Below, piece by piece: positions 51,005-63,174 of a DNA stretch of 64,000 bases (the first letter of the stretch is position 1; each line of letters opens with the position of its first letter). The notes below the pieces were generated by a model. The model was not told the origin of the DNA. It ran no database searches and was given only the letters and a program-made list of their open reading frames with translations. Origin of the DNA: Octopus sinensis (lineage: Eukaryota). The position numbers and the translations under genes were made by a program. The stretch covers positions 108,128,001 through 108,192,000 of the forward strand of contig NC_042999.1 in assembly GCF_006345805.1 (NCBI RefSeq). Direction: 5' to 3'.

Positions 51005-51404
51005 AGGTGCAGGAGTGGCTGTGTGGTAAGTAGCTTGTTTACCAACCACATGGTTCCGGGTTCAGTCCCACTGTGTGGCATCTTGGGCAAGTGTCTTCTA
51101 CTATAGCCTCAGGCTGACCAAAGTCTTGTGAGTGGATTTGGTAGACAGAAACTGAAAGAAGCCCGTTATATATATGTGTGTGTGTGTATATCTTTGTGTG
51201 TCTGTGTTTGTCCCCCCAACATTGCTTGACAACCGATGGTAGTGTGTTTACATCCCCGTAACTTAGTGGTTTGGCAAAAGAGACCAATAGAATAAGTACT
51301 AGGCTTACAAAGAATAAGTCCTGGGAGTGATTTGCTCGATTAAAGGCGGAGCTCCAGCATGGCCGCAGTCAAATGACTGAAACAAGTAAAAGAGAATAAA
51401 AGAG
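51005..51404 (+). mobile_element. Full-length, well-preserved SINE family A copy
   Basis: aggtgcaggagtggctgtgtggtaagtagc...ccgggttcagtccc... tail gctccagcatggccgcagtcaaatgactgaaacaagtaaaagagaataaaagag. Confidence 0.93.
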
Positions 51405-52144
51405 AGTTAGGTTTTATATATATATATGCATGCATACATATGTTAATTTTATTTTATTGAAATTTAGTAACATTTTTTAAAAAAGTAATCATTATTGTTT
51501 TTTTTGTTTTTGCTTTTGTTTTTTCTTCAATTGAGAATTGAAAATTAAAGCAATGATTGATATGAAAATAACTATGTAATGAAATTAGAAATACTCACAA
51601 AACTAAACATACGGAGTAAATGAAGCTATGTAGTTCTGTGTATGTTGTAATTTATTTTATATTGAAACATCAATTTGGGCAAAATGAATGTTGATTGAAG
51701 CAATTAACTGAATTGCATATATACAAATGCTGTAAGGCAGTGATTTTGTTAATTTTAGTTGGAATACAGCAAATTAAAAACTTATGAAGAAAAATTCAGT
51801 AATCTGAGAGCAGGCAGATTATTTAATCTGTGTAAAGAAAAGTTAGAGTTAGAGAGAATTTCTATTTGATGTTAAGTCTACATCAAATCTCCAAACCAAA
51901 AAAATAAAAAAAAACATTTAATTTAAAAAGTAATGAAGCTAGTAATGAGGATGAAATGTCTTAATTGTACATTAAGTTTTATATTTGAAGTATAAACATG
52001 GATTGTAATAAGAATCTGGTTTGAAATATATTCCTGGAAAGCTTCAGTTTTATGTCTGTGTTTATAGAGATTGAGCTTAGAGTTCTCTTCACTGGATTGT
52101 ATTAAATATCATGAAGATCCCTGCTCTTTGGAAAGAGTCAGTGA

Positions 52145-52640
52145 GGGAACATCTATGTGATGATTCACTCCATTAGAAAAAGCAGCTAAATCTCTCTCTC
52201 TCTCTGTTTCTCTCATATCCTTCTGTCTTAATAGTTGGAACAAACTGGATAATTTTCACTTTGATACACTGCATATTGGATATAAGAAGATACAATCCAT
52301 TACAGTAGGTTTGCTTGGCTGTGGTTGACCTGAGGTTAAACATAAAAAAAAGAACTACATTTCCTAAAAATCACATGTTGTTATTGACTGCTACATTTGA
52401 GTTGTAAAGAATTCAAAAATTGTTGATATCAATAATAAATCATTTTAGGATTTTTAGGGTGTTCATAGGGGTAAAGTTTGTGCTTTTGATCCCAGGTCAA
52501 TCTAATTAAACAAAATCATATTCAATGTCATTACAGCTATGACCACTGCATTTTTTCTATATTTTGCCCCAATTTTTCATCTTAAGATGGTAGAGTAGGA
52601 TCTGAAGGCATTTGGCTGTTATTTTTAGCAGTTTGATCAT
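52145..52640. mobile_element. Two family F copies in inverted, tail-to-tail orientation (52145-52350 plus; 52485-52640 minus)
   Basis: agtgagggaac...gcagctaaatctc...gttgacctgaggttaaac versus cccaggtcaa...atttggctgttatttttagcag. Confidence 0.5.
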
Positions 52641-52757
52641 AAAATCCTTCATTTGACAATATTTTGGGTTTTTCATGCATTTCTTAGTATCATAATTTCA
52701 TTCAGTCTTCAAATTCTGGAGATGTAACACTGTTAGCATGAGTAGTTGCAGATGGTG

Positions 52758-52982
52758 TAACTCTTTTCATAATAACCCAGCTGATACTGTCCGTGGTTCT
52801 AAGGAACAAACTTACCATCTTAAAGTGATCTGCATTACAACCTTCCATCAAAATTTCATGTTAATTCATCTTCCTAACACCAGCTTAATTATGGTGAAGC
52901 TGTTTTGATAAATTCTTAATTGTTTTCAAAATTAATTAAAAGGCAATGTATTTCAACAGAAATATGATAACAAAAAGGAGAA
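52758..52982 (+). mobile_element. piggyBac-like MITE (type 2), degenerate ends
   Basis: Body ccttccatcaaaatttcatgtt...aacaccagcttaat...tttcaacagaaatatg is the reverse complement of 10980-11211. Confidence 0.6.
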
Positions 52983-53449
52983 GATTTAGATGATCTCTCA
53001 TAGCCTGAGCAACTAATGTAGTTGCTGCCTCACTTGTTTGGAGGTCAGTGAATAGGTGTCATGCTGTGTTTTACAATTTTGCGACTAACCAGTGATTAAT
53101 TGAGCTTATTGTTTAATTTTTTCAACAATAGTTTTAATGTTTTCATTTGCATAATATTGTATCATCTATTTCACTTCTTTTTCTAATATTGAATCTGATT
53201 CTAATATTTCTAAATATTTATATCTCCTCCCTCCCCATCCACAACCCCAATTAATTTATTCTCTAATGGTTGTTAGGCAATTTGAATATTTAGGAGCAAG
53301 AAGATTCTGAGAAGTTAGTAAAGATATTCTTGGCTTAAAGGAGAAAGGCTGGCTGTAATTTAGATGTACAGGTTTGTCAGACTGTCTAGTATTTGAGAAT
53401 ATTTTTTTGTTCTTTGATAGTTTGTCAAGCATAAGTTATTGTTATTGAT

Positions 53450-53645
53450 TAACCTTAAGTCAGCCCTGATCAAGCACATGTAAAGACAAAGACATTCTAA
53501 CCATGATCAGCCTGTCTTTTATTTGGGATAGTGTACCTTAGACTGCATCATCTAATGTAGCCATTAAGTAAGAGAATGATTTGGAGAGATTTGCTTGCTA
53601 TTTTTGGTAGATATAGCAATGACATAGAGGCTTCCTCACTACCTC
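53450..53645 (-). mobile_element. Repeat family F copy
   Basis: ttaaccttaagtcagccctgatcaagca...gagatttgcttgctattt...agaggcttcctcact. Confidence 0.6.
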
Positions 53646-54329
53646 ATTTTGTAGCAGTTATGGGAAATGAGTGAACACTGCAGTTTGAGAGAGTGAGTGA
53701 TTCCTTCCAGGTTTTATTAGCAATACTCACTCTTTATATGTACTGTTACAGCACAGCTGTATTTTAGTATTTTAACCAGTGTGTAGTACAAAAAAAAAAA
53801 AAAACACAATGAAGAAATATGTGAACCTTGCTAATGAAAGCATTAAACATTTGGACATTCTGAAGGAACATATTTCATACAAGCAGTTTGAATACACAAA
53901 GTAATTTTCCAATATAAAGTAATAGAAATAAGAAAATTACTGAATATTCGAGGTATTAGATAACTAATGCAAAAGACTAGATACTAATCTCAGATAAATT
54001 GGTCAAGGTCTGGATGCCATGGATACATGCTGTTCTGCATATATATTATCCTGTTCCAGCTAGGAAAAGTATGTTAAACTCTTGCTGTTGATCCAGTCAG
54101 CGATATCATACTGAATATGGAGAATTACAAATATATGAGAAGAGAATTTATTAATTGCCATATGCTGCAGCATGGTGCTTGCATTGAAATTTGTCTTAAT
54201 AAAAGTCAAATTTACATGCTGAAATAGGATAGCATAGATAAACAGTAAGACATTGGTATCAAATGTGTCCCTCATTGTTTGCATACTCACAGCACACACA
54301 TCAGGTTTTCTAAATCTGCTACTTTTATT

Positions 54330-54720
54330 TAATAATTGAAATATTAATTCTGAAATGTCTGACTCTAGAAAGTTCTAGAGTCAGTTGAGTTCTTTTAAAG
54401 AACACAGGTGCTGCAAATTGACATTTATTATGGATGTCTTTCAAGGTGGGAAGAGCAGGAATAATTACTTCCTGGATGGTGAACACAGTTTTCTTGAGTT
54501 TTATGCACTTCATCAAATATGTCTTTTATACTACTTCATTGAAATTTTAACTCGTGAGACATCTTAACATCTTTTTCTGGAATGTTAGCAACAATTATGT
54601 ATGCCACTCCCTGCTTCTTTCTACCTGAAGTTCAATTTGACATGTTCAATTTTTCCAGATTTAAGTGCAAGTTGTTATAGGTACATCTGGTAAACAAACC
54701 CTGCATCTCACAACTGTTGT
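54330..54720 (-). mobile_element. Degenerate Rex1/Babar-like (CR1-group) LINE RT C-terminal fragment
   Basis: Minus frames NNLHLNLEK...LNFR and TIQEVIIPALPTLKDIH...RVRHFR resemble NNL.LNV.KTKE..DFR and TA..IIG..LP.L.DIY...SGRRYR. Confidence 0.55.
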
Positions 54721-55939
54721 AAGGCTTGTCATTCTCTTACATCATCTTTGTTGAATAAGAAATAAGAACACTTTCAAACTTGGGAAAAGCAGCATTTATA
54801 TTATTTGGAAGATAACTGCTTGATCAACAAATATATTCACCTTGGGGTTAAAATCCTTCCTATTCTTCTTATTACTTCTTTCTCCTTATCATAGCTGTAG
54901 CACTGGTAACCTTTAATCTATGATGGCTGTTATAGACAATGTGTAAATGTATAATTGGGGGAATAGAGTAATGGACTGCAAGGCACTGCTGTACTCACAT
55001 GTAGAGAGGAGGATATAATATCATTACTTTCAACAACTTGTGAACCATTAGTAAAGACGTTTTGAATCTACAAGCAGATAATGCTTGTCCAGTCACAGAT
55101 CTTTTAGTTTCAGCACCAGCTTTTGATGAGATATTAGATTGGAGTGGGTTAGCTGAATGTTTATTGTATATTTAATGTAAGAATATTGTTTAAGTTGGCT
55201 GAGATTATCTAAAAACTAATTATAAATTCCAGACATCTTATTCTCTATATTCATAATAATTTTAGACAGAAAGGAAATATGAATGAATGAAGACAGTTTA
55301 GCAAATATGATATACTAATGATGCTGGGTGTTAAAATTAGTAGGCTTGTGGATATAGAGTGTTGTGGTATTTAGGAACATCTTTTCATGTTCGAAGTTCA
55401 AATCCTTCTGGGATAAATAGAATAAATGTCAGAAACAAGTCCTAAGGTTAATGTAATAATCTACATACAAGTTGATGCTTCAACATGGCCACAATTTGGC
55501 CAATGCTTGAAACACAATAAAAGGTAAAAAAATGAGCAAATGACTTGTTTATTTGTATTCAGGACTGAACAATTGATTTCAGGTTAGCAAGGAGATAAAT
55601 GTAAATTACATTTTTGTCTGAGTAAAATATTTCTCTCGGTCAAAATTATTTAGATTTGTGTTTTAATAAACTTAAGTGGTTTGTATGCATGCATCAGTCA
55701 TTCATGTTTGCATTGGTTAGATGAATATTATTGAAACACTGTTTTACAGTCAAATGACCTTCCTGTTGCTAACTTGGTTTATTTTACAAATAAGGGATCC
55801 CTTATTCCATGTGGCTTTGGTGGTATGAAGCAAATGGTTGATTTGTTGATAGGAGAACTGATGATGGCAGCTTTGCTCATAGGTCATAACTTTCAGAGAA
55901 AACAACAAAAAAAAAAAAGAAATGAAAACATACACAGTC

Positions 55940-56090
55940 TTTTTTTTTCCAGTTTTATCTACCAAATCTCTTCACAGGGCCTTTGTTGGCTCCAGACTAT
56001 AGTAGAAAGTGCTTACCTATGGTACCACACAGTGAAACTGAACCCAAAACAGTATGGTTGAGAAGCAAGCTTCTTAAGTACACACCTATT
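55940..56090 (-). mobile_element. Degenerate SINE family A 5' half
   Basis: tctaccaaatctcttcacagggcctttg...actatagtagaa...ggttgagaagcaagcttctt. Confidence 0.75.
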
Positions 56091-56099
56091 TTTGCATGT

Positions 56100-56350
56100 G
56101 GAGGTGTGTGGCTTAGTGGTTAGGGTGTCAGCATCATGATCGTAAGATTGTGGTTTCGATTCCTGGTTCGGGCGATGCGTTGTGTTCTTGAGCAAAACAC
56201 TTCATTTCACATTGCTCCAGTTCACTCAGCTGGCAAAAATAAGTAACACTGCGATGGACTGGTGTCCCGTCCAGCTGAGAAACACATACACCATTGAAAC
56301 CGAGAAACTGGGCCCATGTCTGGCTAGGCTTTAAAAGGGTACATTTATTT
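56100..56350 (+). mobile_element. SINE family C (tRNA head, Meta-like and V-like central domains)
   Basis: Head ggcttagtggttaggg..ggtttcgattcctgg; tgtgttcttgagcaaaacacttcatttcacattgctccagttcactcagctg; ctgcgatggactggtgtcccgtccag. Confidence 0.88.
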
Positions 56351-56454
56351 ATTTTATTATTTTGGCATGTCAAATATTCAAGTTAGTGTATTTCATTTAA
56401 TAAAGCACTAATGATATTTTCTTTGGAGATCAGTTATGAGTAGCACAAAGAATT

Positions 56455-56547
56455 GATAGCAGGATTTCAACTCAGCGTGTAAAAAAAAATCAGTATAAAT
56501 ACTACAAAGCATATTTTCCTATGCTCTAACAATTCTGACAGCTCATA
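56455..56547 (-). mobile_element. Degenerate SINE family B head fragment
   Basis: gcaggatttcaactcag...aaatactacaaagcat...ctaacaattctgacagctca. Confidence 0.55.
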
Positions 56548-56739
56548 ATCTTTATTAAAATGCACACACGCACACACTCAAACAAGTTTTGCTATATTTA
56601 ACAGTTTGTATGTTTTACTTTATAAATTTATTAAAACAGGAGTTTCAGTAAAAAATATATTGCTTTAAATGAAGAAGATTCAAATATATTTTCTGATCTT
56701 CATATTTTTTATGAAATTTCATAATCCTTACATCTATAT

Positions 56740-56804
56740 ATGTATACATGTATGTTTGTCGATGTGTATATATATATGTTAATACATATTTATGTGTGTG
56801 CCAG

Positions 56805-56841
<37 letters not shown>

Positions 56842-57095
56842 GTGTGTGTGTGTGTATGCATGTATAAATATGTATGAGTGTACGCATGAATATATGTGTG
56901 TATGTATGAATATATGTATGTGTGTATGAATATATGTATGTATGAATATATATATGTGTCTATGTATAAATATATATGTGTCTATGTATAAATATATATA
57001 TATGTGTGTGTATGTATAAATATATATTTGTGTGTATGTATAAATATATATTTGTGTGTATGTATAAATATATATGTATATGTGTATTTATGTTT
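56740..57095. repeat. TA/TG microsatellite with higher-order 20-24 bp units (tatgtataaatatatatttgtgtg)
   Basis: Seen directly. Confidence 0.9.
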
Positions 57096-57799
57096 GTATT
57101 ACAATTAAAACTTTTAGAAAGGCTTTCACCATTATATTTTGCAGTTTTCACTAATTTCATTAGTCATACAGAATCTTATAAAATCAATATAATCTTACCA
57201 AAGTTAGTTTCATAAAAAGATCAATGATTTTTCACTCTCTCTATCACCACATACATATGCATGCGTGTGTGTATTGTTCTTTGTTTTATTGATTAGTCAC
57301 TCAAAGAAGAAATTCTTGCTAGACTCAATGCAATGACATAAATCTAAAATGTTTAGCTTGCTGTTCCTGTGAAAGAAAAATATTAAAATCAATTTGTGTT
57401 TATTTACATAGAAATAACAAGCTCTGGGGTATCTCTATAAAGAATACATAGTTATGATTTCATTTATCAGTTTAATGTTACACTGTTGACAGAAACTTGC
57501 ACAATATTTCACATGTTTTATTGACTACAGTATTGCCTGCATTCAAATGTAAGTGTTTTAAGTACAAATATCAATAAGAAGTATACTCTTTCATATCATA
57601 AAATTCATTAATAACATATGTTTAAAAAAAAAAAATCCCATACTTTCCAGATATATTTTTCACGATTATTATGTTTATCATTTAAAACACTGAAAATTCA
57701 TATTTCAGTGTGATGTGAAAAAAAAATTAATTCTTTGGATGTTATAATTATATAAACAAAGATTGCATATTAGTTTGTTTTTAACTTTATCTTTTAGTC

Positions 57800-57875
57800 C
57801 TATATTATAGCAGCAAGTTGACCAATGGTTTGTGAGTGAAATTAGTAGATAGAAACTAAAAAAAGCCTGTCATAA
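57800..57875 (+). mobile_element. SINE family A central fragment immediately upstream of the giant microsatellite
   Basis: gaccaatggtttgtgagtgaaattagtagatagaaactaaaaaaagcctgtc matches family A gaccaaagccttgtgagtggatttggtagacagaaactgaaagaagcc. Confidence 0.7.
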
Positions 57876-57876
57876 T

Positions 57877-58173
57877 TATATGTGCATGTGTGTATGTGTA
57901 TATATATATGTATGTGTATATATATATGTGTGTATATGTGTATATATATATGTGTGTATATATATATATATATATTTATGTGTATATATATATGTGTGTG
58001 TGTATATATATGTGTGTGTGTATATATATATGTGTGTGTATGTATATATATGTATGTGTATATATGTGTGTGTGTATATATGTATGTGTATATATATGTA
58101 TGTGTGTATATATATATATTGTGTGTATGTATATATGTATGTGTATATATATATGTATATATATATATATATA

Positions 58174-58216
<43 letters not shown>

Positions 58217-58242
58217 ATATATATATATATATTGTGTGTATG

Positions 58243-58273
<31 letters not shown>

Positions 58274-58370
58274 ATATATGTGTGTGTATATATATATATG
58301 TGTGTGTGTGTGTATATATATATATGTATATATGTATGCATATATATATATGTATGTATGTGTGTGTGTT
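57877..58370. repeat. About 490-bp alternating purine-pyrimidine (TA/TG) compound microsatellite
   Basis: Seen directly. Source of six overlapping spurious ORFs. Confidence 0.97.
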
Positions 58371-60291
58371 TGCTGACTGTATGCACACAATCCTTCACTA
58401 TCAATGTAGTGAACATTATTTGCTTGCAGTCAATTCTGTGAGCACATCTGGGTTTCTTGACACATCCTGACATGTTGCATGCTCTATGTAAACAAAATGC
58501 CTCTTTCAGATGGTGTCATGTTTCCAGTTCACTGAGCGACTATGCTTAGGTTCTTTATTATTTGATACCCCAGGAGATTATTAACTTGTTTGGAGACAGA
58601 TGCTGGTCAGTAAAAGGAAGAGCATACATCTGCAGATCTGCTGCAACAAATTATGTGACCCATGGAAAAGTGGACATTAAAACAACAATGATAATAAGTT
58701 ATCTTGAGAGAAGGCATTACCCATGACTCATTACAAGGCTTCTGAAACTAGTGAGAGTGAGTGAGGGAGGGAGGCAGGAAGGCATCCTAGAACTGAACAC
58801 CTGGCCTGGATGTTTGTGACAAGGTGGATTTCATTAAAAGTATCCAAAGTGCCAGGCGATGATGTTAAAATGGATGTCATATTCAGTCTACAATCAAAGT
58901 GGTCCATAGCAGGATTTCAACACAGAATGCAAAGAACTGGAAGAAACTCTGCAAGGCAATTTGTTTAACATTCTTACAGTTTTATCAATTCACCATTCTG
59001 GACTGATGTCCAGTTATCACATAATTGCCTTATTTCTATTTTGCTGATTAGAGTACAGTTTCTGTTTCTAAGTAATCCTTGTTATAATTGTATGAATATT
59101 CTTTTATATCCTCAAAATATACCTGAAAGTGTAACCAGTATGTCATCTCTCTAATACAACCTAACTTCATTCCTTATTTTCCACTAGCATTTGACTCTTA
59201 ATTTATAATTGAATAGTTAAGGTACTGAAGTATTGGTTTTTGTATTAGGAAGCCAAATTCTGCCATTGCCAATGTATTCTTTATATTATATTCCTAGGAA
59301 AACACATAACTCAACAAACTTCACTATGCCTATCTGCAAAAGAGATGATGCCACTATCATTTGGATATAAAACAATTCATTGCTATTATGTTAAACTGTT
59401 TTATATCCAAATTTGACCAAATGCGTTTATTTATTAATTTTTATTTTTTCAATATTTAATTTTGCTTGCAATAGCTGGTTCTTTTGTTCAAACTGTTGTA
59501 TCTTCAGCTGCTTTAGATGAAAATTGTCAGAGGGTAATACAATGGTTTAGCTTTTTTCAAAAGTGTAGCAAGTCTCACATACAACAGTTTTGCAAAAATA
59601 TTTCTAACTGAAAATATCATAGATGCATGAAGTTATGATTTTATGCACTCAGAAAAGTATTATTGTTAAGCTGAAACTGTTGTTAGTGTACAAAGAAATG
59701 GAATGGTAAAACTATTTTTTCATTTACTAGAAAAAACAGCATTTTGGGCTCATGACACTTCTGCATAATAGCAACAAATTGTAGAATTAAGTTCTGCTAT
59801 TCTGTTAAATGATGTAGAACATAAACAGCCAAGCATACATGAAAAGAATATTACTTTGGTAACAGGAAGAGAATTCTGCTGTAAAAGCCCATGCAAAAAA
59901 AAAAGTACGAAGATAACATAGGTTAAAAGTGATTACTCTCTTATATGAGATGACATAGAGTAAAAGAGATTGCTCTCTTGCATGAGAGAATCCCTCTAAT
60001 TCTGGTGACATGTCCAAATTCACAATTGTGCTGTAAAGTGGTTGGTGAAAGAGAGTATCAGGCTGTAAAAATATATAAAATAAACATGATATATAGAAGG
60101 AAATAATTAGTTTTCTCCTTTACTGTGTATACCAGATTAGGGATTACAACATGTGGTAAGACACTGAGAACCCCGCCAATACATACCGACATTAAAAAAT
60201 ACGCGTAAAATAATGATGTCGATGATGATGATCTAGATATCTCTCTCCTTTCTCCCCTCAACACACAGATACATGCATTTTCCTCCCTATT

Positions 60292-60983
60292 TTCTTTTTA
60301 CTTGTTTCAGTCATTGACCTGCAACCTTACTAGCACACCACCCTGAAGGATTTAGTTAATCAAATCAACCCCAGTACTTGTCTCTATAAATTCGGTATTG
60401 ATTCTTTCCTCCCTTTTGCCAAACCGCTAAGTTACAGGATGTAAACAAACTAAAACCCATTGTCAAATTATGGTGAGGGACAAACACAATGACATGCACA
60501 CTCATATGCATGCATGCATACATACATATATACATGCATATGCATATATCCGTGTTTAAGAATAAATTTGTACTCTCAATGTAATATAAAATTGTTTTTA
60601 TTATAACTGATTACATTTGTGTGTGTGTATGCCATCATCATCATCATTTAGCATCTGTTTTCAATGCTGGCATGGGTTGGATGGTTTGACATGGAGCTGG
60701 TTAGTAGGGTGATGTCTAGACTCCAGCTGTCTGTTGATGCATGGTTTCTATAGCTAGATGCCCTTCCTTATGCCAACCACTTAACAGAGTATGCAAGGTG
60801 CTTTTTACATGCCACCATATATAAGATGGGTTTCCATACAATTTTCATCTATTAAATTCACACACAAGGCTTTAGTTTGTCCTGAGTAAAGTAAAAGACA
60901 CTTGTTCAAGGTTCTACACAGTGCGACCTAATCTGAAGCCATATGGTTGAGAAACAAACTTCTTAAGCAGAGAGTCATACCTA
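60292..60983 (-). mobile_element. Split SINE family A (3' half 60292-60500, 5' half 60822-60983) interrupted by an RTE tail (60633-60817)
   Basis: Family A tail cttttacttgtttcagtc and head-side caaggctttagtttg...gacacttgttcaagg flank catcatcatcatttagcatc...gctggcatgggttgga...ggtgctttttacatgccacc. Confidence 0.75.
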
Positions 60984-61304
60984 TGCATATATATATATTT
61001 ACACATACTCTCCCTCTCTCACTCTCACACTTACACATAATTTTCTCTACATTTCATAGAGATATATAAAATTGCATTAAATTACTAGTTCTCCAGGTGT
61101 CACTGAAGTTTGACATTAATGAATGTGTTTATTACTATGAGGAAGTCTAAGGTCTTTAGTTATAACATAATTAGGCAGAAGTTGTCTGAAGAACTGAAAT
61201 AAATAATTAACTCATTGTATGATACCTATTTAATCAGAAGACATTTCAAGGTTATTATTATTTATTTTACAGACTTAGATTAGAAAGAAAATATTTGGAA
61301 ACTT

Positions 61305-61307
61305 GTA

Positions 61308-61355
<48 letters not shown>

Positions 61356-61402
61356 TGTGTGTGTGTGTGTGTGTGTGTGTATACATGTGTGTGTGTGTGT
61401 GT
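61305..61402. repeat. (TG)n(TA)n(TG)n compound microsatellite
   Basis: Seen directly. Confidence 0.95.
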
Positions 61403-61755
61403 AAAGACATTTTTATTTTTGAAGAAATGATTCATACAATTAGATCTGTTATTTGAAACTTTTAAGCAGGAAACAATATTGCTGTTTATGAGACATGTTT
61501 AATCTAAGTTTTGTTATTGAAGCAATAATTGTTTACAAGTTCAATACAATTAGCCTAGTTTGTTATCTTAATAACAATAACATTGGTTTGTTTATTAACG
61601 ATGAAATATGTTGAATGAAAGTGAAGTTGTAGAATTTATTGTCAGGAGCATAGAGTAACAGTAAATCACTTCTACTTGGAAATTGAAATTTAGTGAGATT
61701 TGATTTATGAAAACATTGTCTGAGCTCCATACCTCTTATTCTAATAAGAGAAATT

Positions 61756-61925
61756 CTCGTATATTTCCACAAAGCCACACATTGGCAGAAAACTATTTAA
61801 AGTTATATATGGCTATGGTACATCTATACTTACAGCCTGCATCTCCAGTTTGGAACAGTCATCCTGTCCATAATATCGATCAACTGGAAGCTGTCCAGAG
61901 ACTTGCAACCAGACGAATACCTTCT
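61756..61925 (+). mobile_element. CR1/L2-group LINE ORF2 fragment
   Basis: YLKLYMAMVHLYLQPASPVWNSHPVHNIDQLEAVQRLATRRIP matches the CR1-group motif LY..LVRP.LEY...VW.P.....I..LE.VQRRAT. Confidence 0.8.
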
Positions 61926-62175
61926 GTCAGTCACCATTTCTTGTCATTTTGCTTCTCTGGGCATTGATACACTGAAGTTTTGACAACTAGCAGCTAACTA
62001 GGTAGAAGCTTACCATCTTTCAAATAACAAATTTTTAGCCATCTATTTCAATGCAATATTTCTATCTCCAGTGGCCATGATTATAAAATAAAAAAAAGAA
62101 AAGCACCACCACACCCATGATTTTCTCAAACAGTTTGTAACATGCTCAGAATTGTTGAAGCATAGAATATACTAC

Positions 62176-62521
62176 CTGAAATAGTTAATAGCAGTCTGGA
62201 CACTGCATTCTTCAAAACTCCCAAGTTTCCTAAAATTCACCAACGCTATTCCTGACATGCCCATGTTCCTTTTCCCTTTTATGGTTCTTCTATTGGTCAC
62301 TTTTCTTTCTCCTCTGTGGTTTATTCTATGAACTGTGCATGCATTTTTGTTTTCATTGCAATTGTACTTTACTTGACTTATTGCTGCTTCTACCCAGTCT
62401 TCTACCCTTTTCTGACAAGTTGTAGTGCACCTAAGCACTGTATCCAATAATTTCATATTATATAAGAAGGGTAAAATCAATAAAAACAGCTCCTGTGTAT
62501 AACCGCTACTTGTCTTATATG
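62176..62521 (-). CDS. Candidate 346-nt exon within the longest non-microsatellite ORF (62172-62627)
   Basis: Acceptor aatctttcaactctttgcag| and donor TTCAG|gtagta, with the ORF stop lying just inside the predicted intron. Product unrecognised and could be a decayed TE. Confidence 0.25.
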
Positions 62522-62824
62522 CTGCAAAGAGTTGAAAGATTAAGTTCACTATAAAAGGATTTGATCTCTCAACATGGAAGCACCCTAAATAGAATATAAT
62601 TAAGAATTCAGTACATTGTTTCACCATTTCTACTACATCTCTACCATCCTCAGAATAAAAGATAATTTCTTAGTTATTCCATCTTCCACTTAAGAGCAAG
62701 TCAATGGTCATTCTGCATTATCATAATATTGTTATTAATACTTCAATACTATTAGCATATCAACAAATTTATATCTTCAAATTTAGTGATAAGTCTTTGC
62801 AATTCTCAGGGGCTTTATAAAGGT

Positions 62825-63015
62825 TATATATATATAAACAAACGTATACATTATATATATATATAAATATATATATATATACATATGTATATGTATGCAT
62901 GTATATGTATGTAAATATATGTATGTATATATATGTAAAAATATGTATGTATATATATATATATATGTATGTATATATATATATATGTATATATGTGTGT
63001 GTATATGTGTGTGTG

Positions 63016-63063
<48 letters not shown>

Positions 63064-63085
63064 TGTGTGTGTGTAAATATATATA
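62825..63085. repeat. TA/TG compound microsatellite
   Basis: Seen directly. Confidence 0.93.
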
Positions 63086-63174
63086 ACATTAAAGATGAGA
63101 ATTTCCTGCAGCTCTTTTATTTGTCTAAACTCCTGTCTTTAGAACTGAAATGCAGATTGTGGAATAATAATAAT

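Noticed and set aside
51005-51080. tRNA-like A/B boxes (also 11569, 26335, 56100)
   Set aside because: No complete cloverleaf, and each continues into a SINE body. These are tRNA-derived heads, not tRNA genes.
55109-55131. Partial resemblance to miR-2 (ccagcttttgatgag)
   Set aside because: The seed region does not match, there is an extra T, and no precursor hairpin is evident.
57842-58473. Six long overlapping ORFs (164-196 aa) rich in Y/I/H/T or V/C/Y
   Set aside because: Translations of a TA/TG microsatellite that lacks stops. The same applies to the ORFs at 28606-28813, 29946, 42886-43337, 49089, 56645-57215 and 62769-63210.
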